DNA from: Saccharolobus solfataricus
GTDB lineage: Archaea > Thermoproteota > Thermoprotei_A > Sulfolobales > Sulfolobaceae
Length of the DNA: 32,000 nt
Assembly (NCBI RefSeq): GCF_900079115.1
Contig: NZ_LT549890.1
Span: 2,490,001-2,522,000 of the forward strand
Direction: 5' to 3'
A program made the translations under genes and the position numbers. The stretch's first letter is position 1; the number at the start of each line of letters is the position of its first letter. Positions 7,508 through 15,665 of the stretch are shown here, one piece after another. The notes under the pieces were generated by a model, which was not told the origin of the DNA, ran no database searches, and saw nothing but the letters and a program-made list of their open reading frames with translations.

Positions 7508-9589
7508 ATGAGGAAGGAATTAGTATTAGAAGTAGGTGTAATATTCTCGATATCTGTAATGCTCTTTTCAATCAGTGGTATAATGATAGCCAACTCAGCA
7601 TCTTCACCATTTCCGTCAACCCTTTACTTAGGATGGTATAATTCTAACGTCGAAGCTTATTCTTCATTTGCTACTTATAATCCCAATATATTTGCAGGAG
7701 GTTTAGGTGGATCTTTTTACGGATTGCTCTATGCATACTCTGCAATAATTAATGTTAGTAATTCTCAAGCGATTCCCGTGATAATAACTTCATGGAACTT
7801 CTCTCCAGCAAACTGGCAGCAGATTTGGCAGACAAAACCGGTTAATGTGACGCTGATTATACGCAATGATTCTGGTTGGAGTAATGGGCAACCTCTCACT
7901 GCTTACGATCTTATGGCCACATGCCTAATTTTAGATATGTTTGGTGCTCCGCCATTTCCTAATTATACTGTTATTAATAATTACACGCTAGTTGAGACTT
8001 GGCCTCCAGATACGTTATCACCGATATTGTTTACAGACACGCTAATTAATACGGTAGGCTTAGGGGAAGTTGCAATTATAATACCATACCAAGTTTGGAA
8101 GCCTATAATTAGTCAGATAATGGGCAATTGGACAACAATACAAAATACAAGCAATATGAAACTTGCGCAGCAGATTATTAAGAATATTAGGTCAGAAATC
8201 CTTCACTTTAGACCAAACCCTGCCACATATCCTTATAGTGGTCCGTTCTACCTATCACAGTTATCATCGAATGAAATAGTACTAAATAAGAATCCATATT
8301 ATTATGACGCTAAATATATACCATTCAATCAAGTAATAATATATCAATACGGTCAGGCTGACTTAGCAGCAGCTGCAATAACGGGTGGTCAAGTTTCTAT
8401 GGACTGGTCCGGTTTGACAGGATTATCACCAACGCAGCTAGAAAGTTTGCCGACCACACTTGAGGTAATTAATATACCTCAACCATTTGGCTGGGGTATA
8501 GCATTCAATCTGAAGAATCCATGGTTAAGAGAGTATCAAGTAAGGGCGGCAATTGCATATATTCTAAATAGGACTGCCATAGCTTCAGTGGGAGGTCCTT
8601 TAACAGCACCGGTTACTATTCCTAATGCAATACCCAATTTATCGTACTATTCATTCATGACATCTTCGCAATACTACTCATCTTTAAATCCGTATAATGT
8701 TAATTTAACAAAGGCAGCACAGCTGCTTAAGAGTGTAGGGTTTTACCAGAAGTCTGGAGTTTGGTATACTCCAAATGGTACACCGTTTACTTTAACAATA
8801 GGTGCTGGAAGTCCACCAACGCAAGCACTAGCAATGATGGAAGAAGTACAAAAAGAATTACAGCAATTTGGAATTAACGTACAATTACACATATATACTG
8901 TAGTTAGTCAGTGGCATCAAGCATGGCAAAATGGTACCGGCTATGATTTATGGTTTGAGAATTGGGGTAGTTCATACTCGCCGGGGACTGCACCATGGAG
9001 TTTGGTACTTTCTTATTTTGGAGGATATCCATGGAATGTTACACAGTGGAATGAGAATCTTACTTTACCTAATGGTACTATAATTGACTTCCATAAATTA
9101 CTTGAGGAAACCGAGTCTCCTAATACCACACAACAGTTAATACAAGCTAATCAAGAGTTATCATATTATATGAACCAATACTTACTTCCAATCTTACCTC
9201 TAGTTGAGATCGAGAATTACGTCATTGTAAATCCCTCGCTACTTATTGCAGCTCCACCTGCTAATTCGTGGATATGGGAAGAGGCACAATACGGTATAGG
9301 TGGTACTGCTATGGTACAAGCTCTAATAGATTATTGGTACGCCCCATTATATGAGAGCACTATAATTACTACAACTACGACTTCTATTTCTACTACTATA
9401 ACTACAACAACCACTTCCGCAACAACAGCTACCACGTCTGTAACTACGACTACGTCTGTAACTACGACTTCTATTTCTACTACTACAGTTACTGTGACTT
9501 CTACTTCAACTATTCCAATTATAATAGCAATAGTTATAGTTATTATTGTTATAATTGCTGCTGTGGCAATATTAATGAGAAGGAGATAA
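7508..9589 (+). CDS. ABC transporter substrate-binding protein, family 5 (Opp/Dpp class), with Thr/Ser-rich linker and C-terminal membrane anchor
   Basis: The N-terminal signal sequence is hydrophobic and is not a class III signal. The large ~600-aa body carries many N-x-S/T sequons. The C-terminal TTTTTSISTTITTTTTSATTATTSVTTTTSVTTTSISTTTVTVTSTS linker is followed by IPIIIAIVIVIIVIIAAVAILMRRR. This is the architecture described for the cellobiose (CbtA) and maltose (MalE) binding proteins of S. solfataricus. Identity with CbtA is plausible but unverified. Confidence 0.85.
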   Translation: MRKELVLEVGVIFSISVMLFSISGIMIANSASSPFPSTLYLGWYNSNVEAYSSFATYNPNIFAGGLGGSFYGLLYAYSAIINVSNSQAIPVIITSWNFSPANWQQIWQTKPVNVTLIIRNDSGWSNGQPLTAYDLMATCLILDMFGAPPFPNYTVINNYTLVETWPPDTLSPILFTDTLINTVGLGEVAIIIPYQVWKPIISQIMGNWTTIQNTSNMKLAQQIIKNIRSEILHFRPNPATYPYSGPFYLSQLSSNEIVLNKNPYYYDAKYIPFNQVIIYQYGQADLAAAAITGGQVSMDWSGLTGLSPTQLESLPTTLEVINIPQPFGWGIAFNLKNPWLREYQVRAAIAYILNRTAIASVGGPLTAPVTIPNAIPNLSYYSFMTSSQYYSSLNPYNVNLTKAAQLLKSVGFYQKSGVWYTPNGTPFTLTIGAGSPPTQALAMMEEVQKELQQFGINVQLHIYTVVSQWHQAWQNGTGYDLWFENWGSSYSPGTAPWSLVLSYFGGYPWNVTQWNENLTLPNGTIIDFHKLLEETESPNTTQQLIQANQELSYYMNQYLLPILPLVEIENYVIVNPSLLIAAPPANSWIWEEAQYGIGGTAMVQALIDYWYAPLYESTIITTTTTSISTTITTTTTSATTATTSVTTTTSVTTTSISTTTVTVTSTSTIPIIIAIVIVIIVIIAAVAILMRRR
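9373..9485 (+). repeat. Coding tandem/dispersed repeats inside the Thr/Ser linker of the binding protein
   Basis: An exact 26-nt copy aactacgacttctatttctactacta occurs at 9373..9398 and 9460..9485. An exact 18-nt tandem duplication acgtctgtaactacgact occurs at 9434..9451 and 9452..9469, encoding TSVTTT twice. Confidence 0.85.
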
Positions 9590-9602
9590 AAGGGTGTAAG
9601 TA

Positions 9603-9659
9603 TTTTTAATGGGAAAAGGTAGTATAGTCTTTTTTAAAAATTTTTCTTCTTTTTTCCCT
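9603..9659. terminator. Bidirectional T-tract termination zone between the convergent binding-protein and permease genes
   Basis: Runs of T are present on the + strand (ttttt 9603..9607, tttttt 9630..9635, ttttt 9641..9645, tttttt 9650..9655). A T5 run is also present on the - strand (complement of aaaaa 9636..9640). Archaeal RNA polymerase terminates at oligo-T tracts. Confidence 0.4.
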
Positions 9660-10532
9660 TTAATATCTTCTTATTCTTGGATTACTTATCTCATCAATTC
9701 CATAACTTAATAGTATTAGACCACTCATAAAACCAGCAACTACTATTGTGGGGAAGGCTAGATAATATATTGCCTTACCACCTGCTGCGGCACCATATGA
9801 AAGAGCTTGTTGGATCATTGCTCCCCAATTGTTAGGATTATAGGGTAATACTCCTAAGTAGTATAATCCTACCTCTGCATATACCGCAGCTTCCACATTA
9901 AATATATAGTGTATCGCAATGTATGAACCTAGGGTTGGTACCACCTCCCTAAATATTATATATTTTCTAGACAGTCCTAATACCCTTAACACTTCCACGG
10001 CAGGAGAGTTTCTAATTACTAGAACTTGAGATCTTACTGCTCTAGCTAATCCAGCCCAACTAGTTATACTTAATATCAAGGAGAGGAAAATTGGATTACT
10101 AGTTTTAAACGCGCTAACTATTATTATAATTAGTATCAAGCTAGGTAGAGTTAGGATAATATCAGTTATTCCCATGAGAATATTATCGATTATTCCACCC
10201 AGATATCCCGCAATTATACCTACAACTATTCCGATTAACGTTGCGAATAGTCCAGCCAAAAAACTTATTTCAATTACTGACTTGGCGCCTTGAATAATCT
10301 GTACTAATATGCTTTCTGCAAATGGACCAGTTCCAAAGATAAGGTAAAAGTTTGATAGTTGAGGAGGCATAAATATTGTAGTAGGGCTAGGAGGTAAAGA
10401 GTATGTCTTAGGGAATATAATTTGCCCAAATATTGCAATTAAGATGTAAAATACGGTTATTATTAATCCTACTCTAGACTTTTTGTTATCCCATAATAGT
10501 CTCAGATACTCGAAAAACTTGCCTTGCACCAT
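9660..10532 (-). CDS. ABC transporter permease, DppC/OppC type
   Basis: 290 aa with about 6 TM segments. The N-terminal helix is followed by an extracytoplasmic loop. The conserved cytoplasmic loop region ...SWAGLARAVRSQVLVIRNSPAVEVLRVLGLS... is typical of OppC/DppC. Confidence 0.8.
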   Translation of the reverse strand: MVQGKFFEYLRLLWDNKKSRVGLIITVFYILIAIFGQIIFPKTYSLPPSPTTIFMPPQLSNFYLIFGTGPFAESILVQIIQGAKSVIEISFLAGLFATLIGIVVGIIAGYLGGIIDNILMGITDIILTLPSLILIIIIVSAFKTSNPIFLSLILSITSWAGLARAVRSQVLVIRNSPAVEVLRVLGLSRKYIIFREVVPTLGSYIAIHYIFNVEAAVYAEVGLYYLGVLPYNPNNWGAMIQQALSYGAAAGGKAIYYLAFPTIVVAGFMSGLILLSYGIDEISNPRIRRY

Positions 10533-10611
10533 AAATATAAATTCACTTCACACTCTTTTATTTTCTCGGGAGGAAAAATCTATAAGCAATGGATATGAGT
10601 ATAAATGTGTA

Positions 10612-11571
10612 ATGATTTTAGAAGTGCATAATCTGAATGTGATTTATGATGAGGGAAACAGTAGAATTATTAAAGCAGTTAATGATGTTAGTTTTGGAGT
10701 AGAAAAAGGTGAAATTCTTGGAATTATAGGTGAAAGCGGCTCTGGTAAAACTACACTCATAAGCGCTATACTAAGAGCCATAAGACCTCCCGGCAAAATA
10801 ATCTCTGGAAAAGTAATTTTTAACGGAATGGACATATTTTCTATGACTATTGACGAGTTTAGAAAATTATTATGGAAAGATATTTCCTATGTTCCTCAAG
10901 CTAGCCAAAACGCCTTAAATCCGGTCTTGCCAATTAGTGAGATCTTCTATCATGAGGCAATTAGTCATGGAGAGGCCGATAAGAAAAGAGTAATTGAGAG
11001 AGCAAGTGAATTGTTAAAGTTAGTGGGTTTAGATCCAGCTCGCGTTCTTAAAATGTATCCTTTCCAATTATCTGGTGGTATGAAACAGAGGGTAATGATA
11101 GCACTAAGCCTCCTCTTAAATCCTAAATTAATATTAATGGATGAACCTACAAGTGCTTTAGATATGCTTAATCAAGAATTATTGCTTAAGTTAATAAAAA
11201 ATATAAATCAAGAAATGGGAGTTACAATAGTTTATGTAACACATGATATACTTAATATAGCGCAAATAGCTAACAGATTATTGGTTATGTACAAAGGTTA
11301 TGTCATGGAAGAGGGAAAAACTGAGGAAATAATTAAGAGTCCATTAAATCCATATACATCATTATTAGTATCCTCGATTCCTTCTTTAAAAGGAGAAGTA
11401 AAGGTAATTAATGTTCCTCTAGACGAGCCTTTAGTATCAAAAGAAAAAGGTTGTCCGTTTCTGGCTAGATGTTCTAAAGCTTTCGGTAGGTGCAAAGAGG
11501 AATTACCGGAGATTCGTTTAGTGTACGATAGAAAGGTAAGGTGTCACTTATATGGGTCTAATGGAGCTTAA
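10612..11571 (+). CDS. ABC transporter ATP-binding protein, DppD/OppD type
   Basis: Walker A GESGSGKTT, signature LSGGMKQR, Walker B LILMDEPTSALD and H-loop THD are all present. The C-terminal oligopeptide-type extension carries four Cys. I trimmed the track ORF (10483) to ATG 10612 because the upstream codons overlap the divergent permease and its promoter. Confidence 0.9.
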   Translation: MILEVHNLNVIYDEGNSRIIKAVNDVSFGVEKGEILGIIGESGSGKTTLISAILRAIRPPGKIISGKVIFNGMDIFSMTIDEFRKLLWKDISYVPQASQNALNPVLPISEIFYHEAISHGEADKKRVIERASELLKLVGLDPARVLKMYPFQLSGGMKQRVMIALSLLLNPKLILMDEPTSALDMLNQELLLKLIKNINQEMGVTIVYVTHDILNIAQIANRLLVMYKGYVMEEGKTEEIIKSPLNPYTSLLVSSIPSLKGEVKVINVPLDEPLVSKEKGCPFLARCSKAFGRCKEELPEIRLVYDRKVRCHLYGSNGA

Positions 11572-12526
11572 GGGAGTTTCCGTAATTTTCGAGGATAAAG
11601 TTGGACTGTTTAAAAAGCGTAAATTCTATGCTTTAAAGGACGTTTCTTTAAGCATGAATCAAGGGGATCTACTTATAGTATTAGGTGAAAGCGGAGCCGG
11701 TAAGACCACTTTAGGGCGAGTAATTGTAGGTTTACAAAAGCCGACGTCTGGGGAGGTAGTTTACGATGGGTATAACATCTGGAAAAATAAAAGAAAAATA
11801 TTTAAAAAATATAGAAAGGATGTACAATTAATTCCTCAAGATCCTTACTCTACACTTCCCTTTAACAAGACTGTGGAAGAGATCTTAGTGGCTCCTATAT
11901 TACGTTGGGAAAAAATTAACAAAGATGAGTTAAGAAAGCGTCTGATTAACCTACTTGAATTGGTAAAATTGACACCAGCAGAGGAATTTTTAGGTAAATA
12001 TCCCCATCAGCTCTCGGGAGGACAGAAGCAAAGGCTTAGCATAGCTAGAAGTCTTTCAGTAAATCCTAGGATAATAGTTGCTGATGAGCCTGTGACAATG
12101 GTGGACGCCTCGCTGAGGATTGGAATATTAAATACATTAGCTGAAATAAAGAATAGACTCAATCTTACGATGGTATTCATAACTCACGATATTCCAATAG
12201 CCAGATACTTTTATCATCTATTTGACAAGGGTAATACAATAGTTATGTTTGCGGGTAGGATAGTGGAGAGAGCCGATTTAGAGGAAATATTAAAGGATCC
12301 ATTACATCCATATACTAATGATTTAATAAAGCTCACACCATCTATTGATAATCTATATAAAGAGATTAACGTTAAGATAAATTACGAGAGAGTAGAAAAG
12401 GGATGCCCATATAGGCTAAGATGTCCTTTTGCAATGGATATATGCAAAAATGAAGAGCCCAAATTATTTAAATACTCGCATGAAGTTGCGTGTTTCTTAT
12501 ACGGTAAGGTGGGTGAAAGTGAGTAA
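11552..12526 (+). CDS. ABC transporter ATP-binding protein, DppF/OppF type
   Basis: Walker A GESGAGKTT, signature LSGGQKQR, Walker B IIVADEPVTMVD and H-loop THD are present, with a C-terminal extension carrying four Cys. It overlaps the previous ATPase gene by 20 nt. Confidence 0.9.
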   Translation: MGLMELKGVSVIFEDKVGLFKKRKFYALKDVSLSMNQGDLLIVLGESGAGKTTLGRVIVGLQKPTSGEVVYDGYNIWKNKRKIFKKYRKDVQLIPQDPYSTLPFNKTVEEILVAPILRWEKINKDELRKRLINLLELVKLTPAEEFLGKYPHQLSGGQKQRLSIARSLSVNPRIIVADEPVTMVDASLRIGILNTLAEIKNRLNLTMVFITHDIPIARYFYHLFDKGNTIVMFAGRIVERADLEEILKDPLHPYTNDLIKLTPSIDNLYKEINVKINYERVEKGCPYRLRCPFAMDICKNEEPKLFKYSHEVACFLYGKVGESE

Positions 12527-13616
12527 GTGTATCAGAGGACTAGAGATAATAACCCCATTAGAAAGTTTTAGGGATGACATAGTAATATCTGATGGTGAAA
12601 TAAGGAAAATTGGAAGTGGAATCTGCAATGAGGAAATAAAAGTAGATAGAGGTAAATATGTAATACCTGGAATGATTGATATTCATACTCACGGTATAGG
12701 GGGAATTCTTGTAAATGACATTAGAAGTATTAATGACTATGAGAAAATGGTATCCTATTATTATTCACATGGTGTAACCACTTTCATTCCATCAACAATT
12801 TCTGAAAATGTTGAAAAATTAGTGAGTATAGCAAGGGTTTTAAATGAAGTTAAAAGTATTGGGATACACCTTGAGGGACCGTTAATAAATCCGAATAGAG
12901 CTGGTGCACATAAATTCTTTACTAGATTCGACGAACGAATTTTAGAAATTTCTAAACTCTTTAAAATAAAGAGAATTACTATAGCACCAGAGATTTTGAG
13001 TGATAAAGAATTAGAGAATTTAGCGGATAACTTTCAAGTTTCTTTAGGTCATACGGACGCTAATTCAGATGATACCAGAAGAGCTATAGGTTTTGGAGCA
13101 TCATCAGTTACACATTTGTTCAATGCTATGAGGCCATTCCATCATAGAGATCCCGGAATAATTGGTGTTTCGTTAACTTCTCCGATATACGCTGAAGTAA
13201 TATCAGATTTGGTACACATTAATGAGATTACACTAAGTATTGTAAGTAAGTTAAAGGGGGATAAGACAATTCTAGTGACTGATTCCTTACAAGCTGCGGG
13301 ATTAGGCGAAGGAGAATTTTTACTATATGGAGAAAAAATTACTTGCGATAAGGCTTGTTTCGAGGCTAATAAAAGGCTTGTAGGTAGTAACATAACTTTG
13401 GATGAAGGCGTGAGACGTGTTAGTAAAATAATTGGATTAAGAGAAGCGATAAAATATGTAACGTATTCTCCAGCATCTCTACTTAACTTAGAAAAAATAG
13501 GACAGATATCTAGGGGTTATGTTGCAGATTTAGTTATATTGGATGAAAACCTCAATGTGCTCACAACGTTAAAAAGTGGTAGTATAGTCTTCTCCATCTT
13601 TAAAAATTCATCATAA
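12519..13616 (+). CDS. NagA-family amidohydrolase (N-acetylglucosamine-6-phosphate deacetylase-like)
   Basis: The motifs characteristic of NagA-type metal-dependent deacetylases are present: PGMIDIHTHG, GIHLEGPLINPNRAGAH, SLGHTDA, VTHLFNAM and ...TDS.... There is no in-frame ATG between the family-conserved N-terminus and the upstream ATPase gene. I therefore propose a GTG start at 12519 (or 12513) overlapping the ATPase stop codon. The start is uncertain. Confidence 0.8.
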   Translation: MSKCIRGLEIITPLESFRDDIVISDGEIRKIGSGICNEEIKVDRGKYVIPGMIDIHTHGIGGILVNDIRSINDYEKMVSYYYSHGVTTFIPSTISENVEKLVSIARVLNEVKSIGIHLEGPLINPNRAGAHKFFTRFDERILEISKLFKIKRITIAPEILSDKELENLADNFQVSLGHTDANSDDTRRAIGFGASSVTHLFNAMRPFHHRDPGIIGVSLTSPIYAEVISDLVHINEITLSIVSKLKGDKTILVTDSLQAAGLGEGEFLLYGEKITCDKACFEANKRLVGSNITLDEGVRRVSKIIGLREAIKYVTYSPASLLNLEKIGQISRGYVADLVILDENLNVLTTLKSGSIVFSIFKNSS

Positions 13617-13685
13617 AAACAAGGATAATTCATTACTCATATACAAATTCATAATAATATTCATGATATTCTTATTAAATAATTT

Positions 13686-15632
13686 TTAACGTATTTTGTC
13701 TAACGCTAATTTCAATAGCCAAACCGAAGTGCTTCCTATGTACGACATTAGCCCCACGTACTTTCCATCTATTGCATCTATTCTAGAGGATTGATCGAAT
13801 GGGTTAAGCTCCTTTATCGTCTCCCATTCCCTTTTAGCTACTTCAATTCCCTCCTTAACCATTCCCCTTAATATCATATGTGCAGCTACTGCAAAGGAAA
13901 CTCTAGGCCAACATGACCTAAGTTGGGCTGTTGAAGAATCCACACTGCCATCTTCCCTTACTGCATTAGTTAAACAGTATTTAGAAGCTTTGAAGTTTAG
14001 TTCATAAATACTTCTTAAGGCCGTATTTATTTTATCATGATCAGTTATAGGTGGTAATCCTAAAATATCACACCAGAATTGGCCTAACAATTGTGAGTTT
14101 AGACAAGACGTATTTTCCTCGTCATTTTTCTTCCATAAAATGAAATATTTGCCGTTCCATAATGAATTAAATGTCTTCTTTCCACACTCTAAAAATCTGT
14201 AATACTTATCATCAATCTTAACATCCAAGATTTCAGACATTTTGATAAATGCGGTCAATGCTGAAAGGAACATCGATGCTATATAGGATGAGGCTCCGTA
14301 CATGTGAGTTCCGTCATAGGAGTTATCGTAACCACCCTTTGAGTCCGGTATACAATCGTTATCCATATCTTTTCTTATGAGCCAATCAATTATCTCCTTT
14401 ATTTTATTATAGTTCTTCTCCAAAATTTCCCTATTAGAGGTAAACACGTAGTCTCTGTATAACATTAGGACTAAAGTAGGTCCCAAATCTGTCCACCAAT
14501 ATGGATATGACGCACCGTAAATTGGATCTTCAATACTTTCCTCTCCAACATCATGTGGCGTTTCCCCATAATTTACATAGTTCATAAAGTAATTATCAGC
14601 TGATATTACTAAATCTCTGTAAAGTTCTAAGAGAGTAAATCCGAGACCATCAAAGGTCATAGAACCAATCGTATTCATTAATTTAGTAACGAATGGATCT
14701 TCATATACAGCGAATCTTCCATCTTTAGTTAACCAAGTATTTGATGTTAGTATGTACAAGCTATTTACTAACGCATCTTTTAACCACTCCACTTTCTCTT
14801 CTATTCCTAAATCTGGTTCTAATTTGAGAGCGTATTCTGCAACATCTATAGAATCTTTAAAGAAATTTTCGTAGTAATGTCCATATGGATAGTGATAAGG
14901 TCTTCCGTTAAAATACCATGAAAGGATAAACGTTTCTTCTTCATCCACATCTTTATATACAATACCCCCTATTTCTTCTCTGGCATATGGTTTTATTACA
15001 TATGTTTCATCATATTCTTCTAAATTATAAAAATATGTGATATCTTCAGTCATTCCGACCTTAGCTGGTTTATAGTAAGCGTAATTGGTTATAACCTTAC
15101 AGCCAATACATCCAAGGAAAATTTCTCCATAAGCTGGATCAGAATTTAAGGCCTTCTCGTTTTTCATCACTACACCATTTAACTTTCCCTTATAGCTCTC
15201 ATTTGCTCTACCAGCTCTCTTACTTCCAACTATATTCGGAAAAGAAATTGCAAATCTTCCTTTACCTTTTATTCTAAACTTTATTACTGGGAGGGATGAA
15301 TTCTTAACGTCATTTTTCCGTAGGATTGAATACACTTCTATTTCAGCTAGAGGTGTCGAATATCTGATAACAGGGAACTCAACAAATGTCTCAATGTCTT
15401 TTACGTAAGTATATTGAGGAGGTGTTTCAACATTCTTGCCAGGATTAGTTTGAAGAAATATAGGTTTCTTATCTAGAAACGTTAATAGGTGGAAACCCCT
15501 TACTTTTCTAAGTGGATTTGACCAGTTGTTTAGAATAGTTATCTCGCCAATTGTGAGATCTGGGTAGAAGTTTATCTTTCCAGTACCTATTCCTCCTAAA
15601 GGTATACCAAAATTCTTCTCTATCTTCATCAT
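13686..15632 (-). CDS. Glycoside hydrolase family 116-like (GBA2-type beta-glucosidase / beta-N-acetylglucosaminidase family)
   Basis: The N-terminal GIPLGGIGTGKINFYPD matches the hallmark G-x-PLGGIG-x-G motif of the GBA2/GH116 N-terminal domain. The length of 648 aa fits, and a C-terminal (alpha/alpha)6-like region is rich in W/Y/D. S. solfataricus is known to have GH116 enzymes with beta-glucosidase/xylosidase or beta-glucosidase/beta-GlcNAcase activity. Confidence 0.7.
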   Translation of the reverse strand: MMKIEKNFGIPLGGIGTGKINFYPDLTIGEITILNNWSNPLRKVRGFHLLTFLDKKPIFLQTNPGKNVETPPQYTYVKDIETFVEFPVIRYSTPLAEIEVYSILRKNDVKNSSLPVIKFRIKGKGRFAISFPNIVGSKRAGRANESYKGKLNGVVMKNEKALNSDPAYGEIFLGCIGCKVITNYAYYKPAKVGMTEDITYFYNLEEYDETYVIKPYAREEIGGIVYKDVDEEETFILSWYFNGRPYHYPYGHYYENFFKDSIDVAEYALKLEPDLGIEEKVEWLKDALVNSLYILTSNTWLTKDGRFAVYEDPFVTKLMNTIGSMTFDGLGFTLLELYRDLVISADNYFMNYVNYGETPHDVGEESIEDPIYGASYPYWWTDLGPTLVLMLYRDYVFTSNREILEKNYNKIKEIIDWLIRKDMDNDCIPDSKGGYDNSYDGTHMYGASSYIASMFLSALTAFIKMSEILDVKIDDKYYRFLECGKKTFNSLWNGKYFILWKKNDEENTSCLNSQLLGQFWCDILGLPPITDHDKINTALRSIYELNFKASKYCLTNAVREDGSVDSSTAQLRSCWPRVSFAVAAHMILRGMVKEGIEVAKREWETIKELNPFDQSSRIDAIDGKYVGLMSYIGSTSVWLLKLALDKIR

Positions 15633-15665
15633 TAATTTTTTATTTACACCCGAATTTATATAGGC

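Noticed and set aside
9361-9520. Repetitive act/aca/acg-rich DNA that could at first glance suggest a microsatellite or CRISPR-like array.
   Set aside because: The repeats are in frame inside the binding-protein CDS and encode the Thr/Ser stalk. There are no unique spacers of regular length and no leader sequence.
9618-9631. The exact 14-nt match ggtagtatagtctt occurs at 9618..9631 and 13578..13591. In both cases it is followed within ~20 nt by ttaaaaatt, and both copies lie near the 3' ends of plus-strand transcription units.
   Set aside because: A single 14-mer coincidence is expected roughly once or more in 32 kb of AT-biased sequence. The second copy lies inside the NagA-like coding region. 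There is not enough support for a shared 3' element without genome-wide counting.
10483-10611. Long N-terminal extensions suggested by the ORF track for several genes: 10483 for the first ATPase, 12429 for the NagA-like gene, 18519 for the 164-aa ORF, 26558 for the DUF504-like gene, 5656 for the 202-aa ORF and 1347 for the 186-aa ORF.
   Set aside because: The extensions overlap upstream genes or divergent promoters and have no similarity to the conserved N-termini of the families. I chose internal ATG, GTG or TTG starts consistent with TATA or SD-like signals instead. The exact starts remain uncertain.
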